Source of the DNA: Cyanophora paradoxa CCMP329
Taxonomy: Eukaryota; Plantae; Glaucophyta
NCBI GenBank assembly: GCA_004431415.1
Contig: QPMI01000099.1
Span: forward strand, 62,001-126,000
Length of the DNA: 64,000 nucleotides
Direction: 5' to 3'
The notes under the pieces: model-generated
Database searches by the model: none
The model's input: only the letters and a program-made list of their open reading frames with translations
Told to the model about the DNA's origin: nothing
In this document: positions 34,812 to 45,933 of the stretch, in pieces
Layout of the letters: the number at the start of each line of letters is the position of its first letter
How positions within the stretch are numbered: the first letter of the stretch is position 1
Translations under genes and position numbers: made by a program

Positions 34812-35170
34812 GCTGTGAGGTATGAACCATCTTTCGATTCAACAATTTTCGTGATAGGTCTGAACACTTTGAAAATTTCTTTATAATGGATTCCTTTAAC
34901 ATACCAACCCTTATGAATTGGGTCCCATCTGAGACCATAAGATTTCGCTAATTGGATGTCTTTGAAAGCAACTTGACAAAACATTTTAACATTAATGTAT
35001 TTGATTTCGTCTTCTGTTAGTTTTCGGAATTCTTTGAAGATCTCACTGTTTTCATCTTCAACAAACCATAGCTTCTTTTCAAAATCCCATTTTGCTCCTT
35101 TTGATTTCACGGATTCGCGATCATCATATCGAGAGAAAATGTAAAAGCGTTGTTGTGGCTTGGTTTCCAT
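34808..35170 (-). CDS. Protein with two tandem DUF5710-like domains
   Basis: Repeats YDDRESVKSKGAKWDFEKKLWFV and FKDIQLAKSYGLRWDPIHKGWYV (K..GA.WD...K.W.V signature). Its stop overlaps the integrase stop. Confidence 0.75.
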   Translation of the reverse strand: METKPQQRFYIFSRYDDRESVKSKGAKWDFEKKLWFVEDENSEIFKEFRKLTEDEIKYINVKMFCQVAFKDIQLAKSYGLRWDPIHKGWYVKGIHYKEIFKVFRPITKIVESKDGSYLTA

Positions 35171-35247
35171 TTTTATTCAGATTATCAGATTATTTTTATA
35201 TGAAACAATCAATGAGGAATAACCGAGATTATGATATAACATCGATT

Positions 35248-35422
35248 GTTGTTACTGAGGCTTACTGAGATTTTACGTTTTGTTTTGTGTGGTTACTGTG
35301 AATGGTTTGTTTTTGATTTGGTTTTGTCGAAACGTTTGTGGAATATCGAAAAGTTTAAAGTTTATTCGATTTTATTACCATATATAATTTCGTGGGGCAG
35401 TATGCCCAATTTACATTTTTTT
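35248..35422 (-). repeat. Right terminal inverted repeat (175 bp)
   Basis: gttgttactgagg...ggggcagtatgcccaatttacattttttt, followed by the TSD ggaggt. Confidence 0.95.
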
Positions 35423-36029
35423 GGAGGTTCCCTTTGAAGCGGAGCTCGAATCCGATCAGCCGGCCCTGGACCTCGTACTTCGTCGTGAGGTGCTTGACCC
35501 ATTGCGGCGCGACCCAGAGAGCGGCGCCGCTCCCTCGCGTTCCGTCTCCTGATTTTAGCGTGTACAGGAGCTTTCCGTGCGTTATCGCGCCTTCCGGCTG
35601 GAGCGGGTCCTCCCCTCTCGACCTCAGGGCGGCGGCCATCTGGGGCCTTGTCATCGACAGCTCCTGCACGCCCGCTACATCGACGTCCCAGCGGCAGCAG
35701 AATTCTTCTAGCTGCTGCAGCTTGTAGGCGCTGGACCCTCTCGTGTTGAAGGTCATGGTCCTCAGCACCCCGTCCGGTTTCTGCTTCCTGATAGCCGGCT
35801 CGTCCCCTATGAAGTCGCCACCTTCGGGGAACAGTCTGGGGGGAAAGACATTCTCCAGACGGAGCGTCGCAGCCGCCGCGGGTCCCGCGCCCCCGGCCTT
35901 CTTGTTCAGCTGCAGCTTGGTTGCATTTTGTTTCTTTTGGCCCGTCGGCTTGCTGCCGGACGCCTTTGTAGGTGGGGCTGCTTTTGCCGCGGCGGGGGCC
36001 GCGGCCGCAGATTTAGTTTTCTTTTTCAT
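35423..36029 (-). pseudogene. LINE ORF, upstream part (basic N-terminus + first half of APE)
   Basis: MKKKTKSAAA...LRTMTFNTRG...WDVDVAGVQEL...GSGAALWV...GFELRFKGNL joins in frame to QLFVASVYMP once the virus and one TSD copy are removed. Confidence 0.9.
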
Positions 36030-37389
36030 TTAGTAACATTAGATGCGTGGACTTTTTGCATCCCAGTGCCCCGCGGATGTGCACGGGAAAGCTATGACCT
36101 GCGGGGCAGATACCGGTGGTGCGGTTGACAAGGCCTGAGCGGGGAGGTTACAGGCAAGCTTAAGCCTGCTAGAAGTGAAGGGATTCTCATTGTCAGAGCA
36201 CAGAGCACAGAGGGAGCACAAAGGGCGGTGGCTAGCGATGCTCATGATCAAATCTAGACGCCGGCTAGCGCTGCGGCAACGGCCGCTTGCTGGGGGCACG
36301 CGCATATGCAGCCGGGCGGAGCGCGGGGCCAGCGACGAGGTCAAAAGGGCTTCCTCGGACAAGTCTTCGACTTGCAGGTCGTACTGGCTATGGTCTGATA
36401 GCGACGCATGCGCAGCTGGGCTGCTCTGCGCAACGAAGACGTGAACGTCAACGTGCAATCTCGAGGGCAGCAGGGATTCGTCGGCAGCACTTCTTTCAGA
36501 GACTAAGGCGGCATCCGGGGCGCGGCGTGGTCGCCGGCAGGAACTGGGATGGATCGTTTGCACTGCGGGCACGACTGAGTCGCCGGAGCTTGACCCGGGG
36601 CCGGGAAAAGCTCGATCGGCGAAGAGACATTCCGAATCACGACTCGAAAGTCGGAGATCAAATTCCGTGGGCGCCCGGCGGGCCACCGAGCAACAAACGA
36701 AATCCCGGCGGGCCGAACGGACGTACGCGGCGGCGGCGGGGGATCTAAGTCTATGTTTTAGAGGGTCTGGGCATGTGCACGCCGCCGCGAGGGAGCTTGC
36801 GCAGGCAGCGGGGGCACGAGAACTATTCAAATTTCGGGAACCTGGCGCGCGCCAGAGGGCTTCCCCTGACTGAGAACAACTTCTATTCCATGGATTTGGT
36901 GGCGAAAGGTCCGATTTTAGAGCGAAACGCGAGAGGACGGCCGGCATACCTCCATCTCCGGAATTCCGTTGATGTCGATACCACCGGGCGCGCCAGGGGC
37001 TACCGAATGCTTCTACGCTAGCCGCTGGTCCCGCCGCGCTTTTGCACGAGCAGGAAAGACGTTTTCAGGAAGCCCCCTTTTTTTGGGGTACACGAAAAAA
37101 CTCTCCCGCAAGTGTCCGCTTGCGTCTTAAGTAATAAGTTATAACTTAGTATATAGGCTCGAATTCGGCGGCGTCCCGAGCGCAACGAGAGAGCACGGTC
37201 TCGAAGGCCTGTCCTCGGCTACGATCAGCGGCCCAGCTAGGCAGCGGTGCAACCGGTTTTCCCGTGCAAGCTCAAGCACGAGTGCCGGCAGCGTGCTCAG
37301 CTGCAGGCAGCGGCGCGTGCTCGCTGCGGTGCAAGCTGGATGCAATGAAAATTAGTCCACGCAGCACGGGTACCCTGCGGCGTAGGCTG

Positions 37390-37554
37390 CGCAGTGCGAC
37401 GAAGCGGAAATCTAGAGGAGACGTTGACAGGTAGAGAGAAGTGGTTCCATGCAGAACCGCGCAACGAAGAGCAAGGCGTACGCGACGCACTGCGAGGAAG
37501 CCGAAATCTAGAGGAGACAGCTAGGGAGAACTGGTTCCATGCAGAACCGCGCAA
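37390..37554. repeat. Degenerate direct duplication (~70-bp unit, ~95-bp period)
   Basis: gaaatctagaggagac...gagaa.tggttccatgcagaaccgcgcaa occurs twice. Confidence 0.7.
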
Positions 37555-37982
37555 GGAATTCGAAGACCGGAGTTAGAGAGAAGTTAGTTTTCCCCTCGAA
37601 AACCACTTTTTCCCCTCGAATTCGACGCTCGAAAGTCGAGAGCTGACCGGTTCACCGAGCCAATCGGATCGCGAATAACCGACAATTTCGTTGCAAGCTG
37701 GCCCTCGAAAACGGCCTCATAGAAAACTTTTGGCTGAAGCGAGGGAACGGGAAGCAAGGGGGCCCCCTTCCCCCCTTGCAATTTTCACACGGTTATCATT
37801 TCCACACCGTGGCACGGAACACGTATACATGTCTCGAGCTCGCGAGCTACTATAGCTAGTACTGCCAGTTTTTGCATGCAGGTTTTCAACTTGCGCTACG
37901 AGCTTTTCCTGCGAATGCTTTTACAAACTAAAGACACGTGCGGCTGTCGGCTTCAAATTGTAAAGCAATTCGCACTTTTTAA

Positions 37983-40900
37983 TTAGTTGGCGGCCACCGG
38001 AGCGATCGGCGCGTTGGCGCCGGCGACGGAGACGTCGACTTGTTGGCCTCGCTCGGCGTCCGCGGGCCCAGTGGCGGGGGCGACGGCCGCCGGGCGCCTG
38101 TTGCGCATGACGAGGAACACCACAACGCCAGCGACGATCGCGCCGACCACGACGCTGCCAACAACTGCCCGCGGGTTGACGCGTCAGACAACATTCACCG
38201 TTTGAACGCCGAATCTCATGATCAGAAAGATTCGTGGCTGCTCAGTCAGAAAGTGATCGCGCGCACCAGCACCGGCGATGACACCGACATTCATGCCTGA
38301 TCCCGATTCTATCTCTGTATAGCTATAGGCCGTTGTAGTCGTCGCGGCGACGGGCGTGCCGGCGCCGCTCGTGCCCGCGGCCGACGCGCCGGTGCTTCCG
38401 CTCGAGCTTGAGCTCGTCGATCCCGACGTCGAGCCAGTCCCTGCGGAGGTACCGGCTCCCGTGGACGTGCTTGTCCCGGTCCCGGTCCCGGTGGATCCGG
38501 AGGAGGTGCCGGCGGACGTTGACGAGCTTCCGCTGGTGCCGGTGCCAGTACTAGTGCTCCCACTGGACGGGCTCGTAGTGGCCGGCGCCTGCGCGGCCGC
38601 AGAGGCGGGTTCCACGGTCGCCTTCACGGTCTGGCTCGCCATGCCGTAGTTCTCGTCTGTCGCCGTCACGCTGATCTGCACGCACGCGGCGGTGTCGTGA
38701 TTGCGTGCGGGAGATTCTGATCATGAGCAGTTCAAGAAGCCGCGCACGTCCACATTTCCAGCCTTCTTTGCCTTTGAAGAGTCGACCTCGACCGTGTACG
38801 CCTGATCGGCGAGGAGCGCGCGATTGTGGAGGCTCCGCATTCCTCGGCGGTCCCCAGCTGCATGAAGCCGAGAAGGCCGCCTGATTAGATTTCAAGATTG
38901 AAGGCGAAAGCACTGAGGCTGTAAGGCCCTGCACCCTTTGCGCATGTGATCGCTGTGCTCGGCAGAATGGTTTCGTCGCTGCTTTTTGCCGCACACTCTG
39001 TGCATACGCGGTTAGCAATAGAGGGGCATGATCAAGGCGTGTCATGTATGCACACCTATAATCGTGGAATCGGAGTTAAAAGTGAGTGCGACCGACTTTT
39101 TCGTGCCGCCACTAGCTGAGATGGTGTTCGAGTTTGCCGCCTTCACCACGGGGGCTGATCGAATTCGAACCCGCACCACCCGTCCGTCAATTCGAAAAGC
39201 AAGCTCGTAACGCTAACGTTAATTATAACGCACCTTTAATGGACGTCTCAGCGACTGCGTCGCCCGATGTGGGGAAGCTTCGTTGCAAAAGAACCACGCG
39301 AGGCAGAGTGAAGGGATCAACCAGCGAGATTCCCGCCAATTTGATTCCCTTGCTGTTGATAACAAACGAGGCCTGCATCGATCGCGAAATCGAAAGTGTG
39401 AGTCTAATTTGAACTGCACTCTTCACACTATAGCTAGCTATATATAGCTGCAGCTGGGGGGGGGCGCACTTCCGGACTGCGTGACATTGTTACTTTCACG
39501 TCGTTGTTGCCGTCATCCCTCTTGGCCACCTGCCCGTGCGCGTGAGACAATATAACACTCATGAGTAGTATTAATAATATTAATGGTGTGCGTAGCATTT
39601 CGCTCATGATCAGAGAAGGGGGGCGCGACCGCGCATGCGCACCTGCGCCTTGACTTGCCCGAGCAAGGCGACGGTTGGCGTCACATTCAGCAGCTTGAAC
39701 GACTCAATCACAATGTCTGCGCTGAGCCCGATGACGGCCTCTACTTGGGAACCTGATCGCGTGCACGAAGAGGGATATAAGGAGGGATCACGTCAGTCGA
39801 ACCACTTCGCTAGCTAGCTATATAGCATGCCGAAGCCGCAAGTGAATTCGAAGAGTTATATATATATAATTATATTAGGCACCAAGGACGACTCCGAACT
39901 TGCAGACTGGCTTTGTCCACGTTGCGTTCGCGCTGAAGTAGGGCGTCCACTTGTTCGTGATTCCGGTGGAATAATCTTCCGAATTGCGAAACTCCACTCC
40001 AACCCGGGCTCTCAGCTGGATGCGCGTGCATACATTGTCAGTCGTGTAAATAGGCGGAATTTCAGGATTTCAGGCGTGGCTGCGGGATTTCAGGAATTCG
40101 AACCGATGCGCCGGCCTGAAGAAGGGCTTTGGCCCTGAGGCCTGGAGCATCTACCTCGATAACCGCCTTGGGAATGATAGTTGCCGTAATCGTGAACTCG
40201 GCTTTAACGACCGGCAGTACAAACCTAGTGTTTTCAACGGGTGTTACACCCATTGATGGAATATGACTGCGATTAAATAAATTGCCAACCCGTAGAGAGC
40301 AATGGGGGTAGGGGCAACTCCGAAAAACGACTGCTCGCGATCGTGCGCTAGTTTGTAAACCGCATCGCATAGCGAAAAGATATCACGGCAGCACAAACGC
40401 GCACAAGCAGGTCAAGAACCGTCTTAATTTTCGGAGATTCGACATCCAAATTGTACTGAAGAAGCGGATCAAATAGAGCTCGAGCGCGAAAACCTGGACC
40501 GGAATGCATGCAAACAGTGTGACTTACGTCTACATTGAATGCAAGCCTTCCGTCAAGCTGCAACCTGTCGCATCCTGTCATGTTCAAGTCTTAAACGGGA
40601 GCACATGTACAGGAGCACCGAAAATATTTGATGCGAGCCCCAATCCCTGCAACGCCCGTCGTCCAGATGAACTGGGCTGTCAAGGAGACACCCGCGTAGG
40701 CTGCGGATTTATACATAACAACATTTATCAGACCGATACACGCATGTGGAAGAACAGGTGAGCATGCGCATGCGCACCATAGCAGTTCTTGCAGGTCAGG
40801 TCCACCCCGCTGACGCAAGTTTAACAATCGACATCAATATTCAGACTCGCGCTCGTAATAATAAGCTATAGAGTTTCGATGCGCGTAGGTGCGCACGTGA

Positions 40901-42169
40901 CACCAGCGGGCATTGCGACCTTCACATCTGCCTTCGTTGCCTTCGTGCCATCTGCTGTGTTGAAGGCGATTACTCTTGATAATTCTTTCACGTCGACGTC
41001 GCCCGTTTCTGTATCTGCTTCCACAGGGGCGGGTCCGGTGGGCGTGTAGGCGCCAAGGAGCCCCCGTCTGCCATCGAGCCAGCTAAATTCGAAGTGCATA
41101 CGCAGATGCGCGCTAATGGGTTGGTGCAGATCCGGACCTGCGAGTTTCTGGCTTCTCCTCGAATGGGGCGATGATAGTAAGTTCGCCCTCGTCAAAAGCA
41201 CTCTGCGCGACAGGGCAAGAATGTAGTCATGAACTTAACAACCGAGATGAGCAGCTGCTAATTAAAAGGCCGAATTCAAGGCCGGCAGCCACGGCCGGAC
41301 CATCCAATTCACGCCTCCCCGGGTTGAGAGCGTGACAACGCTACCCTCGACAACAGGTTTGCGGACGAGCTCGAGCAAAATGTTGGTAGTACCATTGATT
41401 TGGCAACCTGCGGAAGAGTATCGTGAGCTGGCCATAGGGCTGGGATGTTGAATTTGTCGTGGCAGAAAGAAGCAAGTTTATATGATCACCCCAAGGCTCG
41501 GAACCCGCTACGATCCAGCCCTCATCCCACTCCGCGACAGTGCGTGCGGTTGCGTCCCCATCCAGAGAAAACGTGAGTCGAAGGCTGGCCCCGTTGTCGA
41601 CACACTCGACCGAATCCACAGACGTGAGGTCGTCCAGCCCGATTGTTTTCGGCGACACAACAACGTCATAGCTGCGCATGCATATGCATTACACATATGC
41701 TAGTTCAATGAAGCGATCGATCGCGAGTCCGAGTAAGTATGAAGTGGAGGTGAATCTATACATAGAAGCGGCCATATGTCCGTATGCTTCTCATTCATGT
41801 GCACATATGCGTGCATGTTTAGTATTATATTGGTATGTAGAGAACGCGCACGCACTTGAACGTGATTTGGCGGCCCTGGTCGTCGGTGGCGGAGAAAGAG
41901 TTGACATAACGCCGGGCGTGGCCGGGACCCGGGTCGGTCGGCTCGACCACAGGGATGTCGTCGAATGCGCGGGTCGCCTTGCCGCCCTCCGTGGCCATCG
42001 GAACGTAGCCGTGGTTTGCGTGGTACGGCGGCGTCTCAAACTGCGGGCGAGCTTCCGCCACATTCACGCCGGCAAACATGCATATGACGAGAAGCAGCAT
42101 GCATATACACAGCTGCAGCTGCGCATGCAGGCCGTTGGCGTTGCAAGTTCTCGAGCCAGGGGCCGCCAT
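37983..42169 (-). CDS. Multi-exon type I membrane/surface protein with S/T/G-rich stalk
   Basis: Signal-like N-terminus (LCICMLLLVICMFAGVNVA). Several GT-AG-bounded coding segments (41.5, 41.0, 39.1-40.7 kb). S/T/G-rich segment at 38300-38600. TM segment VVGSVVVGAIVAGVVVFLVM followed by RNRR and a short tail ending in TAA at 37983. Internal exons are not fully resolved. Confidence 0.65.
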
Positions 42170-45100
42170 GATCCGATTGTTCGGGTGATCCGATCAAGAT
42201 CACACACTTCCAGGTGCAGGTCTGCGCATGCATTAGTACTGCAGCTGTGAAGCTGATCATGAATTCGATGTGCAGGTGCTCGCCGCGGCCGTGTCTTCGA
42301 ATAGGTAAATCCGGTCCTCTCAAGATGATGAGACTACCGGTAGATCTACTACTTACTTGCGTACGGTTCTGCGCCGCATCTGCGACGGACTTTGACCGGG
42401 GTCACTGGGTTGACCCTCGGGCGGCAGTGGAGTCGGGCGGCTCGGGCCTTGGCCCCACTCAGTGACTGCCGCCCCAGGCCTTGGCCCAGTGGCCCTCGCA
42501 GTCTAGCTTAGTCGCAGCGGCCGCTAGCCGCGGCGCGCGGCCGCCCGCCAGGGCCGGGCGCCATGTCCGCGGCCGGCGGACCGGCGGCGGTGGACTGACT
42601 CGGACACTGACATGTATACTAGTACTGTACACAGTGTACAGCTTCAGCCTGCAGGCTGCAGGCTGCAGCCTGCAGCCTGCATACTTATACCAGGAAGTGC
42701 CTGGCACAGTGGCACTGGGCCACTGGCTCAGTCTGGCTGGCAGCCTGGCCATATGATGGCATACAAGTTCAACGGTTGATGATACAACTGCAAATAAAGT
42801 AAAATAAATTATTCTAAGGGGATCATGATTCATGATCAGGTGACTCAGTGACAAAGGATTCCCATTCGCCCAGGCTGGTTAAATTAGGGGTGCGGCAGCT
42901 GCGCATGCAGGCCGGGCCTATCAAAATTGCGTAAAGCGTTTTGAAATGCCCGCGGCCAAAAGCAAAAGCAACAACTTGGCAACAACAACTTTGGCAACGG
43001 AAATGCATACTGTATCGTAGGACCGTAGTACACTGGATCTTTATAGTACCAAAGTTTTGAGGACCAACAATTAAAGTTTTATCGTATACGTACACTAAAC
43101 CTGACTGGGGGGTACGTAGCGCAGCCAAAGTTACAGCGCGGGAGAAGCTAGCTGTAGTGCGAGGGGACTCTCGGACGCTCCAACAGATCTATAGACCCCC
43201 TAACGCGCGCCGCGCCCACCCCCTTCTAAAGGCCTCTACTAAAGCGCTATTTAAGCCTACTAAACCGACCAAACCTTGGGATTACTAATTATTTTGGGGT
43301 CTTAAATATTACCCGAATTACAGTACTAGTATGCGTCGTCAAAAATGCATCCGATCGTCAAAACAACAGCTTGGCAAAAGCTTAACTACATAGCTAGTAC
43401 TACTACTAGTAGTACCAAGTCACTGAGTCATCATGGCATGCGCATGATCACTGAGTCAAGCCGACTCAGTGAATAGCTAGCCGGCCCGGCGGCTTGCAAT
43501 TGACTAGCGGCCCTCGGCCGGCGGCTCCAGCCGCCCTCTCAAGCTTGGGTGCGCTTTAGCTAGCCAGCTGGCCAGCCCGCGGGCGCTAAGGCGACTGCGA
43601 GCCGCTGAGCGTGCATATGTTTCCGCACTTAAAAATAATTTAGAAACACGTGCACAATACGTATACACTAGTACATGTGATTTTCGCGGGATTAGGGCTA
43701 GACTCGAGCTCTGAGAGGGCCGCCGGGCCCGGCCGCGGGGTGCTAGAGGCCAGGGGGGGGGGGGGGGGGGGGGAAGAAGCCCGAAACTACTAGGCTAGCT
43801 AGCGCCGGTTGGAGCCGGCCCGGCGGGAGTCCGGGCGGCTTGACTACTAGGTAGTAGTTCTATAGCTACAGCCAGGTCTAGATCCCGAATCCCGATTCCC
43901 GATCGAAATCTCCAAAATCGAATGCAGATCCCGAACACAAGGTAATTAATAATCACTCCAATTGAATTGCGGCCCCATTTGCGGGTCTGACTAAGTGAGT
44001 CGACGTCGCCGCCGCGACTCGCCGCCAGTGTTGCTGAAATTTTATTATCCCAAAACGCCCTGTAAATTTTCAGTAAACTTTCGAAAACTTTCAGCAAATA
44101 TTTTCACCCATACAAAGTTTACTTGCACAGCGAAAGTGACACGTTTCTCTGCAGAGAAGCCTCTAGACACGAGCGATATGTGTTAGGATGTCATCGACAA
44201 CCTTTGTATTACAAGTGCACGATGTGCAGATGTATCTTTGCCGTTCTTTTCACGTTGAGGAGGGGGGTACGGTTCCTGAGAGATGCATACTCTGGTCTCT
44301 TGACACCAGCAGAGACCGCCAGAATGTGTCCAGGCCTCCATAGTCTCGTATTTCGACGGATTTGACCCTCGTTTATGGCGTGAAACGCCCCCAGAATGGC
44401 ATCTTCAAGGGTACCCCCCTTGCAAATTTATTGAAAGTTTTCATTGCTCATTTTGGAGGTGAAAATTTACTGAAAATTTACATGAAAATTTTCAAGTTGA
44501 AAGTTTGGAAAGTGAAAGTCGCCATACATGTCCAGCCGAAATTCTAGCGGAGCACAGCGAACGATTGGCGCGAAACTGAGCACGTCTGAAGTGCAGTTTA
44601 GAGCAATCTAGAGCAGGGAAATTTTTGGTTTCGCGCCAATGTCTCGCCGTGCAGAAGTTGGCCTCGGGGGTCGCTGCGCCCCGGCCCCCTCTTCAGCCCT
44701 CGGCAGCGCGCAGCTCAAGGCCCGCCCAGGCCCCCCCGCTCCCCCCAACTGCCCTTCCCGGGACTCGAACGCTGGAGCAATAAGACGCCGGCCGGGCGCG
44801 CTGCTAGCTCGGCCAGCTCGCCGCGAAACTGGCCTTTTCCTCGTCGCTTTTGTATGGCCATACATCTAGGAAAATTTCGTACCGCATCCGCACGAAACTG
44901 AGCCTTATTTTAGCATCCAGATGCATACTAGCTAGTATTAAACGCTTCAGTTTCTCGCCAATCGCTTTCCACTATTTTATCCAGCCAAATCGACCAGATT
45001 AGCATCACTGCTCGCCGCCGAGTCGCCGGAGTCGCCGCGGCTCTGGCAGTGCACGTGCCTGCATCATCAGGCTGCATGCAGGCAGCCTGCAGGCAGCCTG

Positions 45101-45591
45101 GCAGTGGCTGGCAGAGCCTACGGTGCGCATATGGCTGTTTGTGTTCTCATATGCGGTATCATACCGATTCATACGTATATATACGCACACGAAGCTAACA
45201 GATCGAGGACGGGCCAATAGAAATTGGACCTCGATTCAATGATTTCCGACGTTCACCCTTTTCCTCCAGTACCGGACCTCTACTATAGCTAGTACTACCG
45301 GTCCTACTACCGTAGACCGGGTTTTGGGCGAATTAATATTCGGCCGCCTCGCGATCGGCAATTTTTCGCCTCCTACAGGCTACAGTATAAACAGTCCTGC
45401 CCCGTGGCAGTGCAGCCTCGGGTCTGAATCAGGTCCTGGGAAACGGGTAATTGTAATTAGACCTACTGGCCATGGCTACCCGGCACGATATGCGCATTGC
45501 CATTTTTGTTTACCGGGTAACACGTAGGTAGTCTAAGGCTCTAATTAAGCTAGATCTAGAGATCTAGACTTGAGACAATTTTCATGCATAG

Positions 45592-45728
45592 GGGATGGGT
45601 AAAGGGGAAGGTTACCGGGTACCCGTGGGTACGATACTTCGATTAATTTTACGATGGATGGGGATGAGACTAGGGACTAGGGATGGATGGGTAAAGGGGA
45701 AGGTTACCCGTGGGTACGATACTTCGAT
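45592..45728. repeat. Direct duplication of a ~45-bp purine-rich motif just before the satellite
   Basis: ggatgggtaaaggggaaggttacc...cgtgggtacgatacttcgat occurs twice. Confidence 0.7.
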
Positions 45729-45933
45729 AACTTTAGTAATGCGATCGAAGTAGGATAAATGGGATCGTGAGGGGTAGGGCTTATGTGAACGAACGACCGT
45801 CGGGCACGGTCGTTCGTACTGAGGGGTACGTATATAACAGGACCGGTCAGAAGCGGGGAGCGCGGCCGAGTCTTCGCCACGCGTGCAGGGGATCCCCGGA
45901 AGCGGGAGCCCGTCGAGCGAAAGAACGTGGCAT

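Larger units (their letters stand above)
24038..35422. mobile_element. Endogenous Polinton-like virus / Maverick-type element, 11,385 bp, apparently intact
   Basis: 175-bp TIRs. 6-bp TSD GGAGGT at 24032-24037 and 35423-35428. Abrupt switch to AT-rich, intronless, densely packed ORFs encoding pPolB, rve integrase, A32-like ATPase and capsid-like proteins. Confidence 0.95.
20388..37107 (-). mobile_element. Non-LTR retrotransposon (APE endonuclease + RT), interrupted by a Polinton-like virus and apparently 3'-truncated
   Basis: APE motifs: TFNTRG, DVAGVQE, VASVYMP, LLGDWN, RIDAVL, SDHYP. RT motifs: RPITL, YGFRPG, QDIRRAYDSV, GLPQGGVESP, YADD, KLLG. The 5' boundary is inferred from where homology with the second copy at ~63457 begins. 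The 3' side ends in a 61-bp tandem duplication (20387-20507) abutting a mini-element. Confidence 0.85.
19037..37151. repeat. 45-bp inverted repeat pair (19037-19081 / 37107-37151) with TA termini, bracketing the LINE + virus nest
   Basis: tactaagttataacttattacttaagacgcaagcggacacttgcg is the reverse complement of cgcaagtgtccgcttgcgtcttaagtaataagttataacttagta. Confidence 0.8.

Noticed and set aside
24038-35422. Classification as a mavirus-type virophage or canonical Polinton
   Set aside because: No maturation protease or separate helicase is visible, and the MCP is shorter than typical virophage MCPs. Assignment needs phylogeny.
36039-36947. 302-aa minus-strand ORF as LINE ORF1
   Set aside because: No recognisable motif. 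Over the shared part with the second copy, I count roughly 9 amino-acid-changing to 3 silent differences, which suggests no constraint. It stays open in both copies, so it is not fully excluded.
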